The notes: a model not told the origin generated them from the sequence alone. DNA of 64,000 nucleotides from an uncultured Fluviicola sp. (GCA_964387525.1 CAYLWS010000003.1:18844-82843); one strand, 5' to 3'. Numbered from the stretch's first letter, positions 1 through 9,719 are shown. Translations and numbers: made by a program.

Positions 1-1
1 A

Positions 2-262
2 TTTGAGCAAGAAATGATTTTTTACATTGAAAAATTAGATGTTGCAGAAGAGAAAATGAGACTATCGAATCATTTAACGTACTTTTCTGAAACAATGAAA
101 TTAGATCAATCGGGTAAAAAATTAGGTTTTATTGGACAAGAAATTGGCCGAGAAATAAACACACTAGGTTCCAAAAGTAATCACGCTGAAATGCAAAAAT
201 TAGTGATTGGAATGAAAGATAATTTAGAGAAAATTAAAGAACAGATTTTAAATACACTTTAA
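2..262 (+). CDS. YicC family protein, C-terminal fragment (5' end lies outside the window)
   Basis: Frame is open from base 2. C-terminal region ...GFIGQEIGREINTLGSKSN... resembles the YicC/DUF1732 C-terminal motif (E. coli YicC has QEFNRESNTLASKS). Confidence 0.7.
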   Translation, partial: FEQEMIFYIEKLDVAEEKMRLSNHLTYFSETMKLDQSGKKLGFIGQEIGREINTLGSKSNHAEMQKLVIGMKDNLEKIKEQILNTL

Positions 263-272
263 TTGTAAAAGA

Positions 273-854
273 ATGAATTTTAAAAACAAAGGTAAATGTA
301 TTATTTTCTCAGCACCTTCTGGCGCTGGAAAAACAACCATTGTTCATAATTTATTGCGCCAAAATATAGGGTTAGAGTTCTCCGTTTCTGCTTGCAGTAG
401 AGATCCTCGGCCGAATGAAATAGATGGCAAAGATTACCATTTTTTAGGAGTGGAAGGGTTCAAAGATAAAATTCAACAGAATGCATTCGTAGAATGGGAA
501 GAAGTCTATGCAAATAATTTCTACGGAACTTTAATTGAAGAAATTGATCGAATTTGGGGAGAAGGTAAAGCCGTAATTTTTGATGTAGATGTGATTGGAG
601 GTTTAAACCTTAAAAAACAATTCAAAGAAGATGCAATGGCGATATTTGTGCAACCTCCAAGTTATGAAGAATTAGAAAAACGTTTGAGAGGAAGAAGTAC
701 GGAATCGGAAGATAAAATTAATCAACGCATGGAAAAAGCGAATACTGAATTGGCTTTTGCTCCTGAATTTGATGTTGTTTTAATCAATGATAACCTCCAA
801 GAAGCGTGTGAAAAGGCGAAAGAATTAGTGGTAGATTTTTTAGGGAAATCGTAG
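273..854 (+). CDS. gmk: guanylate kinase
   Basis: P-loop SAPSGAGKTT, 193 aa, GMP-binding style motifs (SVSACSRDPRPNEIDGKDYHF). Confidence 0.93.
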   Translation: MNFKNKGKCIIFSAPSGAGKTTIVHNLLRQNIGLEFSVSACSRDPRPNEIDGKDYHFLGVEGFKDKIQQNAFVEWEEVYANNFYGTLIEEIDRIWGEGKAVIFDVDVIGGLNLKKQFKEDAMAIFVQPPSYEELEKRLRGRSTESEDKINQRMEKANTELAFAPEFDVVLINDNLQEACEKAKELVVDFLGKS

Positions 855-1055
855 ATGATGTAAATATCCTCCTCTAACGCTCCAAAGGGGGAAGATGTCC
901 GTACTTGAAAACAATAAAATATAATCCTTTTAGGTGTAGAAATATGAAAATATCAAGACGCAATAATTAAAATGATTATTGTAATCTCATCCCTCCTTTG
1001 GAGGAGGTAGGGGTAGAAAAGAGAGAAGGACAATAAGGAATTTAAGAACAAAATC

Positions 1056-1649
1056 ATGAAAATAGGATTATACTTCGGATCATTTAACCCAATTCATGTT
1101 GGGCACCTTATCATAGCCAATCACATGGCGGATTATTATGATTTTGACCAAGTATGGTTTGTTGTTTCTCCACACAATCCGCATAAGAAAAAAGCATCAC
1201 TTTTGGAAGATTATCACCGATTGGCATTGGTGAAAATTGCCGTAGAAGGAAACAATAAACTTTCTGCCTCTGACATAGAGTTTAAGTTAGATCAACCCAA
1301 TTATACGGTAAAAACATTGGCGTATTTGAAAGAGAAATACCCAAAGAATCAGTTTGCATTATTGATGGGAGAAGATAACCTGCGTTCTTTCCATAAGTGG
1401 AAGAATTATGAGGATATTCTGAACAACCATCCTGTTTATGTTTACCCACGGTTATCAGAATTAAAAACACCAACTGAAAACCATGAAGGTGTTTCAAATC
1501 ATCAAAACATTCATTTTTGTGGAGATGTTCCAGTAATGAAAATTTCTGCAAGCTTTATTCGTAAAGCAATCAAAGAAGGAAAAGATGTCAGCTATTTATT
1601 GACGCAACCTGTACATAAATACGTGGATGAGATGAATTTTTACAAATAA
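1056..1649 (+). CDS. nadD: nicotinate-nucleotide adenylyltransferase
   Basis: GSFNPIHVGH (HxGH nucleotidyltransferase motif) and C-terminal ISASFIR (ISSTxxR-like), 197 aa. Confidence 0.9.
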   Translation: MKIGLYFGSFNPIHVGHLIIANHMADYYDFDQVWFVVSPHNPHKKKASLLEDYHRLALVKIAVEGNNKLSASDIEFKLDQPNYTVKTLAYLKEKYPKNQFALLMGEDNLRSFHKWKNYEDILNNHPVYVYPRLSELKTPTENHEGVSNHQNIHFCGDVPVMKISASFIRKAIKEGKDVSYLLTQPVHKYVDEMNFYK

Positions 1650-1696
1650 AAAGAGGATTTAATTCATTTTCTTATCTTTACTATTCAATTTTTGAA

Positions 1697-2722
1697 ATGA
1701 AAAAACAAATTCTTCTTACCGGTTCAACTGGGTCAGCTGGAACGGCAACATTGAAACAACTGTACAAATTAACGGATAAATATGGTGTGACTGCTTTAGC
1801 AGTTGACACAAAATTAAATCGAAAAAGAATAGCTCCTTATATAGACAATGTTAATGTTGTTTATGGAGACATTAGAGATGATGAAACAATTGATAAAATA
1901 ACAAAAAACATTGATTTTGTGATTCATTTGGCAGCAATTATCCCCCCTTTGGCTGATGAAAAACCTGACTTTGCTTATCAAGTAAATACCGTTGGATCAA
2001 AGAAATTAATTGATGGATTAGAAAAAAATTCACCCAATGCTTTCTTCTTATATACCTCTTCTATTTCTGTTTATGGAGATCGAGTGAAAGAACCGTTTAT
2101 TCGTGTAAATGATCCAATTCTTCCGAGTGATAGAGACGAGTATGCGTTAACAAAAATTGAAACAGAAAAATATTTACAAAAATCAAAATTGGATTGGTCC
2201 ATTTTTCGATTATCAGCAATGATGGGGGATCATAAAATGTCCAAAATAATGTTTCATATGCCTTTGAATTCAGGTATGGAAATAATAACTCCCCCAAGAG
2301 TTGCGATTGCCCTAGTCAATGCTATTGAAAAGGAAAAAGAGTTATCCAATAAAATTTTCAATTTTGCAGGCGGTGAAAAAATGCGATTAACTTATCAAGA
2401 ATTATTAGAAGGTTCATTCAAAGCTTATGGAATGGGGAAGGTTAACTTTCATGAATATGCTTTTGCGCAACAAAATTTTCATTGTGGTTACTATGAAGAT
2501 GGAAAAGATTTAGAGGACATTCTTCATTTCCAAACAGAAGATTTAGAAAGCTACTTTAAAGATTTACATAACGAAATTAATCCTTTCCAACGAGCTATAA
2601 CGAAACCAATGAGTGGAATTGTGAAATATTTTATGCAAAAACAATCCGAGCCTCTTCTTGCGTATAAAAAGAAGGATGAAAAGGAATTGTTGCATTATTT
2701 TGGAACCACTCAATTAAATTAA
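1697..2722 (+). CDS. NAD(P)-dependent epimerase/dehydratase family (extended SDR) protein
   Basis: N-terminal Rossmann motif LLTGSTGSAG and catalytic YALTK (YxxxK). Confidence 0.8.
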   Translation: MKKQILLTGSTGSAGTATLKQLYKLTDKYGVTALAVDTKLNRKRIAPYIDNVNVVYGDIRDDETIDKITKNIDFVIHLAAIIPPLADEKPDFAYQVNTVGSKKLIDGLEKNSPNAFFLYTSSISVYGDRVKEPFIRVNDPILPSDRDEYALTKIETEKYLQKSKLDWSIFRLSAMMGDHKMSKIMFHMPLNSGMEIITPPRVAIALVNAIEKEKELSNKIFNFAGGEKMRLTYQELLEGSFKAYGMGKVNFHEYAFAQQNFHCGYYEDGKDLEDILHFQTEDLESYFKDLHNEINPFQRAITKPMSGIVKYFMQKQSEPLLAYKKKDEKELLHYFGTTQLN

Positions 2723-2723
2723 G

Positions 2724-3143
2724 ATGAAATTTTTAGTTCCCTTCTTGCTTCTTCTTTTACTTTCATCAGCAAGTAAAAATCCAACTTTAAGGGTTGAAAT
2801 AACAGGGATAAAAAATACAGAAGGATTAATTGAAATAGGTTTGTACAATAAAGCATCTACGTTTCCTTCCACGACTGAACAATATAAAGTACAACGCGTG
2901 AAAGTTATTGCTCCAATCACTACCGTTATTTTTAAAGACATTCCAATTGGCGTGTATGGTATATCCATTTACCACGACAAAAATGAAGATAAAAAATGTA
3001 ATCTAAACTGGATCGGTTACCCCACAGAAGGATTTTGTTTTTCGAATAATTTCAAACCATTTTTGAGTGCTCCAAAATTCAAAGATGTGCAATTTGTTGT
3101 GAAAGCAAACAAAACAATACAAATTAAAATACTCAATCAATAA
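2724..3143 (+). CDS. DUF2141 domain protein (secreted)
   Basis: Signal peptide. GLIEIGLYNKASTFP ... YHDKNEDKKCNLNWIGYPTEGFCFSNN matches my memory of the DUF2141 pattern. Confidence 0.65.
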   Translation: MKFLVPFLLLLLLSSASKNPTLRVEITGIKNTEGLIEIGLYNKASTFPSTTEQYKVQRVKVIAPITTVIFKDIPIGVYGISIYHDKNEDKKCNLNWIGYPTEGFCFSNNFKPFLSAPKFKDVQFVVKANKTIQIKILNQ

Positions 3144-3892
3144 TGGATTTTAAATTACTTTTCACGTACGCATGGATTGCTTCAGGGGTCATTACTTTTT
3201 TCTATTTATTGTATGGAAAAACGGCTCCGTATGGTCGACATTCTTCGAGCAACTGGGGTCCGATGATTTCCAATAAAGCAGGTTGGATTTTAATGGAAAG
3301 TCCAGCTTTCTTTCTCTTCATTGCTTTCACATTTTACGGAAGCCCAAGTTTTTCTAAAGTCGCTTGGGTTTTTATAGCACTTTGGTTGATTCATTACTTT
3401 AACCGCACCTTCATTTTTCCACTTCGTACCCGAACAAAAGGGAAGAAAATGCCATTGGTCATCGCGCTTTCTGGTGTTGCTTTTAATGGTGTAAATACAT
3501 GGTTAATTGGTTCTTATTTGAATGAAAATGCAACAACCTACACCGACGAATGGTTTTCTACACCACAGTTTATTATAGGGGTTTCGTTGTTTGTGATTGG
3601 TTTTGTGATGAATCAACGCGCAGATCACATTTTATTGAACCTTCGTAAGCCTGGAGAAACAGGATACAAAATTCCACAAGGGTTTTTATTTAAACGCTTA
3701 TCCAGTCCTAATCTAATTGGAGAAATGATAGAATGGACGGGTTATTTTGTGATGCTGTGGAGTTTACCTGCGTTGACTTTTATGGTTTGGACAATCGCCA
3801 ATCTTGCGCCTCGTGTTGTTGCACATCATAAATGGTACAAAGAAAAGTTTGAAGATTATCCGAAAGAAAGAAAACCGTTTGGTTTATTTTAA
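3143..3892 (+). CDS. 3-oxo-5-alpha-steroid 4-dehydrogenase / DUF1295-like polytopic membrane reductase
   Basis: Multi-TM protein with C-terminal ...PNLIGEMIEWTGY...HHKWYKEKFEDYPKERK typical of the steroid 5-alpha-reductase family. ATG overlaps the upstream TAA by 1 nt. Confidence 0.72.
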   Translation: MDFKLLFTYAWIASGVITFFYLLYGKTAPYGRHSSSNWGPMISNKAGWILMESPAFFLFIAFTFYGSPSFSKVAWVFIALWLIHYFNRTFIFPLRTRTKGKKMPLVIALSGVAFNGVNTWLIGSYLNENATTYTDEWFSTPQFIIGVSLFVIGFVMNQRADHILLNLRKPGETGYKIPQGFLFKRLSSPNLIGEMIEWTGYFVMLWSLPALTFMVWTIANLAPRVVAHHKWYKEKFEDYPKERKPFGLF

Positions 3893-3969
3893 CGAAGGTT
3901 AAGAACTGAAAAAGGTACTTTTCCGCCAATATTACTACATTTGTTACTTAAAGATTCTAACCAAACAGA

Positions 3970-4407
3970 ATGAAAGAAATATTAAAACAATTACGTTACG
4001 ATAAAGCCTACTTACGAATGGCTAAAACGTGGTCTGAATTGTCTTTTTGTGAACGAAAAAAAGTGGGCGCAATCATTGTAAAAGATGGAATGATAATTTC
4101 AGATGGTTTTAATGGAACGCCAACTGGTTTTGATAATTGCTGTGAGAATGAAGAAGGTGACACCAATTGGTTCGTCCTTCACGCTGAAGCAAACGCCATT
4201 CTGAAAGTAGCAAAATCAACACATAATTGTAAAAACTCAACGCTTTACTTAACTCTTTCACCGTGTAAAGATTGCAGTAAATTAGTCGTGCAATCAGGGA
4301 TTGAACGCGTTGTTTTTATAAATAAATACAAAGACACCAGTGGAATTGATTTTTTAGCAGAAGCTGGAATCAAAGTTGAACATATTGATAATCCTTTTGA
4401 AAAGTGA
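3970..4407 (+). CDS. dCMP (deoxycytidylate) deaminase
   Basis: Zinc-binding motifs HAEANAI and PCKDCSKL, 145 aa. Confidence 0.85.
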   Translation: MKEILKQLRYDKAYLRMAKTWSELSFCERKKVGAIIVKDGMIISDGFNGTPTGFDNCCENEEGDTNWFVLHAEANAILKVAKSTHNCKNSTLYLTLSPCKDCSKLVVQSGIERVVFINKYKDTSGIDFLAEAGIKVEHIDNPFEK

Positions 4408-5990
4408 ATAATAAACAGAACCAATTCCTAATTCCAATCGTGATGGCGTGTTTTCTTGCCATTGGTTTATTATTAGGGAAGAAACTTGCCCCAACAGAAC
4501 AAGAAATTATTTATTCTAACGGAGAAGTACGTTACCAGAAAATTCAAGAAATCATCCATGTTTTGGATGAAAAATACGTTGACACGATCAATGGCGATCG
4601 ATTGTTTGAAGAAACAATCAGTGACATGCTTCACAAATTGGACCCACACAGTAATTACATTCCTGCGAAAGATTTAAAAGCAATGAATGAATCTTTGGAA
4701 GGAAAATTCAGCGGAGTAGGAATACGCTTTTTCATTATTCGAGATACCGTCTGTGTCACAAATGTATTGAACTATTCTCCAGCAATGAATGCAGGTTTAA
4801 AAGCAGGGGATAAGATTGTTCTTGTAGATACGTCCCATGTTGCCAATGTTAAAATTACCAACAATGCAATCATGGGATTACTCAAAGGAATTGCAGGAAC
4901 GGACGTCAAATTGAAGGTTTGGAGAAATGGATCGCACAAGAATGTTACGATAACCAGAGGTTCTATTCCGCTTGAATCTGTCTCTGCATCTTTTATGATT
5001 GACAATTCAATCGGATATTTGAAAATCGACCATTTTAGTGTTGCAACATCAGAAGAATTTAGACATGCCACATCCATTCTGAAGAAAGAAGGATTGAAAA
5101 AACTAATCATTGATTTAAGAAGTAATGGAGGTGGAGTTCTAACAGGAGCGACAGAAATTGCAGATGAGTTCTTAAAAGCCGGAATCCCAATTGTAGAAAC
5201 GAAAGGTGAACACTCGGAGGATTATATTTATCGCGCTACAAGTAGAGGGAATTTAGAAAATGTAGAATTGGTGATATTGATAAATTCAAACAGTGCATCA
5301 GCTTCTGAAATTCTCGCTGGAGCAATTCAAGACAACGATAGGGGGATTATTGTTGGGCGACGTTCTTTTGGGAAAGGATTGGTGCAAGAAGATTTATTAC
5401 TGAGAGATGGCAGTAATTTACGCTTGACGATTGCGCGGTATTATACGCCGACTGGAAGATGTATCCAGAAACCTTACCAAGATAATTTGGAAGATTATTA
5501 CAGCGATCAAAAAAACCGATACGATAGCGGAGAAATGTACAAAGTAGACTCAACGTTGTTAGTCGATTCATTGAAATTCACCACTCCTGCTGGAAAAACT
5601 GTTTATGGTGGCGGAGGTATTATGCCCAATAAATTTGTTCCAATGGATACTTTAGGGACAAGTTGGTATTTTACACATTTACGTTATTCTTCAGTGTTTA
5701 CAACGTTTGCTTTTGATTATGTGAACGATAAACGTACAAAATGGCGTTCTGTGAAAGCATTTATTCGTGAGTTTGAAGTGACAGACGAAATTTTAGAACA
5801 ATTCATTGAATTCTCTGAAACGGAAGGTAAAGTCGAACGAAATGAAGAAGAATTAAAAATTAGTAAAGAGTTGATTAAACAAACCATTAAAGGTGAAATT
5901 GCTCGACAATTGTGGGTAGAACAAGGTTATTATCAAGTGAGAATTCAAAACGATGTTGATGTGAAAGCTGCCATTAAAGTACTGAAATAG
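4404..5990 (+). CDS. S41 family C-terminal processing peptidase (PDZ-containing)
   Basis: PDZ-like SPAMNAGLKAGDKIV, catalytic region NSNSASASEILAGAIQD ... SFGKGLVQ. GTG start overlaps the upstream TGA (GTGA). Confidence 0.85.
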   Translation: MNNKQNQFLIPIVMACFLAIGLLLGKKLAPTEQEIIYSNGEVRYQKIQEIIHVLDEKYVDTINGDRLFEETISDMLHKLDPHSNYIPAKDLKAMNESLEGKFSGVGIRFFIIRDTVCVTNVLNYSPAMNAGLKAGDKIVLVDTSHVANVKITNNAIMGLLKGIAGTDVKLKVWRNGSHKNVTITRGSIPLESVSASFMIDNSIGYLKIDHFSVATSEEFRHATSILKKEGLKKLIIDLRSNGGGVLTGATEIADEFLKAGIPIVETKGEHSEDYIYRATSRGNLENVELVILINSNSASASEILAGAIQDNDRGIIVGRRSFGKGLVQEDLLLRDGSNLRLTIARYYTPTGRCIQKPYQDNLEDYYSDQKNRYDSGEMYKVDSTLLVDSLKFTTPAGKTVYGGGGIMPNKFVPMDTLGTSWYFTHLRYSSVFTTFAFDYVNDKRTKWRSVKAFIREFEVTDEILEQFIEFSETEGKVERNEEELKISKELIKQTIKGEIARQLWVEQGYYQVRIQNDVDVKAAIKVLK

Positions 5991-7573
5991 TGGCTGTTTT
6001 TCTTCCCATAAAAGCGTTTCAATCTTTATACGGTTCTTTTTCTGAATTGTTAACTCCTGAAGGAATTGCTACTTTTCAAAATAGAATAGAAAAAGAAGGA
6101 AGTTTAATTTTTCAAGAAAAAGAATTTTCAGCAGTAGAAAAGCAAGATTTTATTCTTTCATTGAACAATCCTAAAACTATTCTTTTTCACAGTTGGGTAG
6201 AACAGAATAGTGTATTATACGCTTTATTAACTGAAGGAAAATTGAATCATTTTTCTGACAGATCGAAACATCTTCAACATCAATATGCGGAAGAATTCAA
6301 ATCGTTTATCTCCCCATTTCTTTCGACTACTTTGTTGAAATTCTCCGGAACAACTGTTTTTCCAGAACGATTAAATGCCCTTTCATTCTGCATTTTATTG
6401 GATAAAAAACACAATGCAGTAGTAGAATCCCAATTGTTTTCTCCTTTATTGAAAGAAGTGAAAACTACGGCTGATTCATGCAAAGTAATTGCAGATGAAA
6501 AAGATTTAATCAGCAAAGTGACGCCATTATGTAAGCAAGAATTGATAGAATGTGTGAACTATTTATCCCGTGCTTCTTATGCTTTAAAGTTGGGATATGT
6601 TGATGCTGTTTTGTCTGTTCTAAAATACAAATCATGCACACCTCGTTTTGCAAATTGGGTACTCAAAGAGTTGAGAAATGTTCAATTAAATACGGAGCAT
6701 GAACATAAAATCACAGATTTAATTCGTGATTTAAAAAAAGGAGATTTATCTGTTCGAAATCACGGGAAAGAAAAAAGAATTATCAAAGGGAGTACAGTTT
6801 TAACAATTATGACTGTTTTTCTTCTTGCGGGAACTGTTTTTTGGTTCGTTAAATTTAAACCTTTTGGCGATCTCGAAGAGGAAGAATTTTCCAATGAGAC
6901 TTCTTTTATGCAGTTTTCTTTGGAAGAAAGAAAAAAAATTGATTCACTACTTTTAGTGATGAATGGAAATGTTAAAGACGATCATTTACAAATTGACCAA
7001 GGAGCAACGTTAATTGGGGAGAACGATGTATTAACCTTTCGTAAAAAGTTTAAAAATTCTACTTTTGAAGAAATACACACAGATTTTGTTTTAGATGCGG
7101 AACAAAGAGAATTCTTTTACGATTCCTGTGAAACGGCTATTTCTTTCAAACAAATTGATGGGACAAAAACCATTCAAGAGAAAAAGGGATCCACAGAAGC
7201 AATGTTGAAAAACGAATCGGATTACGATGTCATTTTAGTCATTGCCACCGATAAGAAAAAAGGAAAAGTGTATTCTACCCTGATAAAATCTGGGAAAACA
7301 ATATCTTTCGAATTAGGGAGAAATGATGTGTTGTTTTTAGTTGCCGGAAATGACTTGAATGTATACAAAATGACTGAAGTAGAGAACGAAACATTGCCTT
7401 CCGAACATTTTAAATCAAGTTTTTGTGAAATTGATGACAATTATTTCCGATCTATTTCAACCGTATATCGTTTGAATAACCTTAATCTTTCAAAGGTTAA
7501 ATTCTTATTAACGGGAAATAAAGGAGCCTACTTTTCCTTAATTGATTTGCATTCGGTTTTAGTGGAGGTTTGA
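5990..7573 (+). CDS. hypothetical membrane-anchored protein (527 aa), no family recognised
   Basis: Long ORF, GTG start overlapping the ctp-like stop by 1 nt. One central TM segment (VLTIMTVFLLAGTVFWFV). Confidence 0.55.
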   Translation: MAVFLPIKAFQSLYGSFSELLTPEGIATFQNRIEKEGSLIFQEKEFSAVEKQDFILSLNNPKTILFHSWVEQNSVLYALLTEGKLNHFSDRSKHLQHQYAEEFKSFISPFLSTTLLKFSGTTVFPERLNALSFCILLDKKHNAVVESQLFSPLLKEVKTTADSCKVIADEKDLISKVTPLCKQELIECVNYLSRASYALKLGYVDAVLSVLKYKSCTPRFANWVLKELRNVQLNTEHEHKITDLIRDLKKGDLSVRNHGKEKRIIKGSTVLTIMTVFLLAGTVFWFVKFKPFGDLEEEEFSNETSFMQFSLEERKKIDSLLLVMNGNVKDDHLQIDQGATLIGENDVLTFRKKFKNSTFEEIHTDFVLDAEQREFFYDSCETAISFKQIDGTKTIQEKKGSTEAMLKNESDYDVILVIATDKKKGKVYSTLIKSGKTISFELGRNDVLFLVAGNDLNVYKMTEVENETLPSEHFKSSFCEIDDNYFRSISTVYRLNNLNLSKVKFLLTGNKGAYFSLIDLHSVLVEV

Positions 7574-7629
7574 GCGTATTATCTTACAAAGAATCGTAAA
7601 TTCTTCATTATAAACTTTACCTTTACCCC

Positions 7630-7944
7630 ATGATTTTATACAATGTTACTGTCAGCATCGATCAAAGCATTCATTTGGTTTGGTTGGATTGGATGAAGAA
7701 AACACACATTCCCGATGTGATGAATACGGGGTGTTTCAAAGAATGTCGAATATCTCGTGTTCATGGAGAAGAAGAAGGTGGGATGACTTTTGCCATTTCA
7801 TACATCGCTCCAACACAAGAGAAATTTGATGAGTATCAAAAAAATCATGCGGATACTTTACAAAAAGAACACAGTACTAAGTTCAATGGAAAGTACGCAG
7901 CATTTAGAACTTTACTTACAGTACTTGAAGAATTCAAACAATGA
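7630..7944 (+). CDS. DUF4286-like small protein
   Basis: 104 aa. MILYNVTVSID...W..WM...HIPDVM..G pattern as I recall for DUF4286. ATGA overlap with rsmA. Confidence 0.55.
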   Translation: MILYNVTVSIDQSIHLVWLDWMKKTHIPDVMNTGCFKECRISRVHGEEEGGMTFAISYIAPTQEKFDEYQKNHADTLQKEHSTKFNGKYAAFRTLLTVLEEFKQ

Positions 7945-8723
7945 GTGTAAAAGCAAAAAAATCCCTCGGGCAGCATTTTTTAATTGATAAAGGCGTTTGT
8001 GAACGTATTGCTAACCAGTATAAACAGCACCAAGGGTGTAAAAAAGTGTTGGAAATTGGTCCAGGAATGGGTGCGTTAACAGAATTTTTATTGAAAGAAG
8101 ATTCTGATGTTTACGTTATGGAAATTGACCGAGACAGTGTGCCTTATTTACAAGAACATTTTCCTGCATTGAACAATAAAATTTTTGAAGCCGATTTTCT
8201 AAAAGTTGATTTGAAAGAATACATGGGAGAAGAACGATTTGCTGTTGTGGGGAATTTCCCGTACAATATTTCTTCTCAGATTTTGTTCAAATGCTTGGAA
8301 TATAGAAATCAAATCCCCGAAATAATGGGAATGTTTCAACGGGAAGTAGCTTGGAGAATAGCGGAGAAACCAGGAACGAAACAATACGGTATTTTGAGTG
8401 TTTTTATGCAAGCTTATTACGATATCGAATATTGTTTTACGGTAGATGAACATGTTTTTGATCCACCACCAAGAGTGAAATCTGGAGTTATTCGCTGTAC
8501 ACGAAATGAAAGAAAATCACTTCCTTGTGATGAGGTTCTCTTTAAACAGGTTGTGAAAATGAGTTTCAATCAACGTAGAAAAACAATCCGTAATTCTATA
8601 AAAGTATTGCTCAAAGGAAATAAAGTTGATCATCCTTTTATGGCACTTCGTCCTGAAACACTTTCTGTTGACCAATTCATTGAACTGACTCAGATTGTTG
8701 AAAATCTTACAGAAGTAGCGTAA
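7941..8723 (+). CDS. rsmA: 16S rRNA (adenine1518/1519-N6)-dimethyltransferase
   Basis: LGQHFL, SAM-binding EIGPGMGALT, GNFPYNISS motifs. Confidence 0.93.
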   Translation: MSVKAKKSLGQHFLIDKGVCERIANQYKQHQGCKKVLEIGPGMGALTEFLLKEDSDVYVMEIDRDSVPYLQEHFPALNNKIFEADFLKVDLKEYMGEERFAVVGNFPYNISSQILFKCLEYRNQIPEIMGMFQREVAWRIAEKPGTKQYGILSVFMQAYYDIEYCFTVDEHVFDPPPRVKSGVIRCTRNERKSLPCDEVLFKQVVKMSFNQRRKTIRNSIKVLLKGNKVDHPFMALRPETLSVDQFIELTQIVENLTEVA

Positions 8724-8800
8724 TTCTACTGAATTAGTGTTAGAAAAGTTTGTTAAATGAAAGAAAATGGTTTACTTTGTAGTAATCAAAAATTAAAATT

Positions 8801-8995
8801 ATGACTTGGAGTAAAGTTTTTTGGGGAATTGGTGATTTTTTAGAATCAACTTTTGGTATGCTACAGAGCGATGGAATTGGGAATAAATTTAACTATTCAA
8901 TGATAGTTTTAGGTTTCATAGGTTTGTTCTATTGGTTGAACTTTCAAAGAAAATCTGATATTAAAGCGAAAAATGATCCAAATAGAATAAAATAA
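8801..8995 (+). CDS. small hypothetical membrane protein (64 aa)
   Basis: ORF with one TM helix (YSMIVLGFIGLFYWL), followed by a terminator hairpin. Confidence 0.45.
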   Translation: MTWSKVFWGIGDFLESTFGMLQSDGIGNKFNYSMIVLGFIGLFYWLNFQRKSDIKAKNDPNRIK

Positions 8996-9016
8996 TATTT
9001 CTAATTTATTAGGAGG

Positions 9017-9046
9017 AAAGGTTGTCAATGTGGCAACCTTTTTTTA
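9017..9046 (+). terminator. rho-independent terminator
   Basis: AAAGGTTGTC / GGCAACCTTT stem (about 10 bp, one G-U), 5-nt loop, then a T-run. Confidence 0.55.
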
Positions 9047-9056
9047 TTTTTAAGCA

Positions 9057-9719
9057 ATGAGTAAATTCAGTGTAATAATTACTGCCGGTGGTATAGGTAA
9101 AAGAATGGGATCTTCTTTGCCAAAACAGTTTATGCCGATTCACGATAAACCGATTTTAATGCATACCATCGAAAAGTTTTATCATTTCGATCCAAGCATT
9201 CAAATTATTCTTACTCTTCCTACTGACTGGAAAGATCATTGGGAGAAATTAGTCCTAGAAACAAATTTTAAAATTCCACATCGAGTAATCAATGGAGGTA
9301 AAGAGCGTTACCATTCGATTAAAAATGCCCTTAAATATTGTTTTGGAGATTATATTTCAATCCACGATGGAGTTCGACCTTTGGTTAGTCATTCTACATT
9401 AAAAAATTGTGCCCGTAAAATTCGCCATCACGATGCTATTATTCCTGTAATTCCACTCATTGATTCTTTGAGAATGAAGGATGAAAACACTACAAAAGCA
9501 GTTGATCGTTCAGATTTCTTGTTGGTACAAACTCCGCAGTGTTTTAAAGCTGAAGTCATTAAAAAAGCTTACAATCAGCCCTATCACACTAAAATCACAG
9601 ACGATGCTAGCTTGGTGGAAGCAGCAGGTTTTGAAATAATTACCGTTGAAGGAAATACCGAAAATATTAAAATTACCAATCAATCGGATTTAAAATACGC
9701 TTCCCTCTTTTTGGGCTAG
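9057..9719 (+). CDS. ispD: 2-C-methyl-D-erythritol 4-phosphate cytidylyltransferase
   Basis: N-terminal IITAGGIGKRMG and IHDGVRP motifs, 220 aa. Confidence 0.9.
   Translation: MSKFSVIITAGGIGKRMGSSLPKQFMPIHDKPILMHTIEKFYHFDPSIQIILTLPTDWKDHWEKLVLETNFKIPHRVINGGKERYHSIKNALKYCFGDYISIHDGVRPLVSHSTLKNCARKIRHHDAIIPVIPLIDSLRMKDENTTKAVDRSDFLLVQTPQCFKAEVIKKAYNQPYHTKITDDASLVEAAGFEIITVEGNTENIKITNQSDLKYASLFLG

Noticed and set aside
945-971. 8-codon mini-ORF (MKISRRNN) in the gmk-nadD spacer, and tiny ORFs at 52070 and 52084.
   Set aside because: They are too short to evaluate, and such ORFs are expected by chance in AT-rich sequence.
1282-1551. Nested or antisense ORFs from the track, here inside nadD. The same applies to 2097..2297, 2714..2968, 4486..5571, 6280..7440, 8199..8453, 14266..15229, 17025..17261, 17915..19078, 35312..35993, 39368..39640, 40406..40867, 43990..44379, 45429..45704, 47856..48152, 53270..54116, 57782..59177, 61539..61796, 62807..63481.
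   Set aside because: Each is embedded in a longer ORF with clear family motifs or paralog support. None has a signal, motif or independent regulatory signals.
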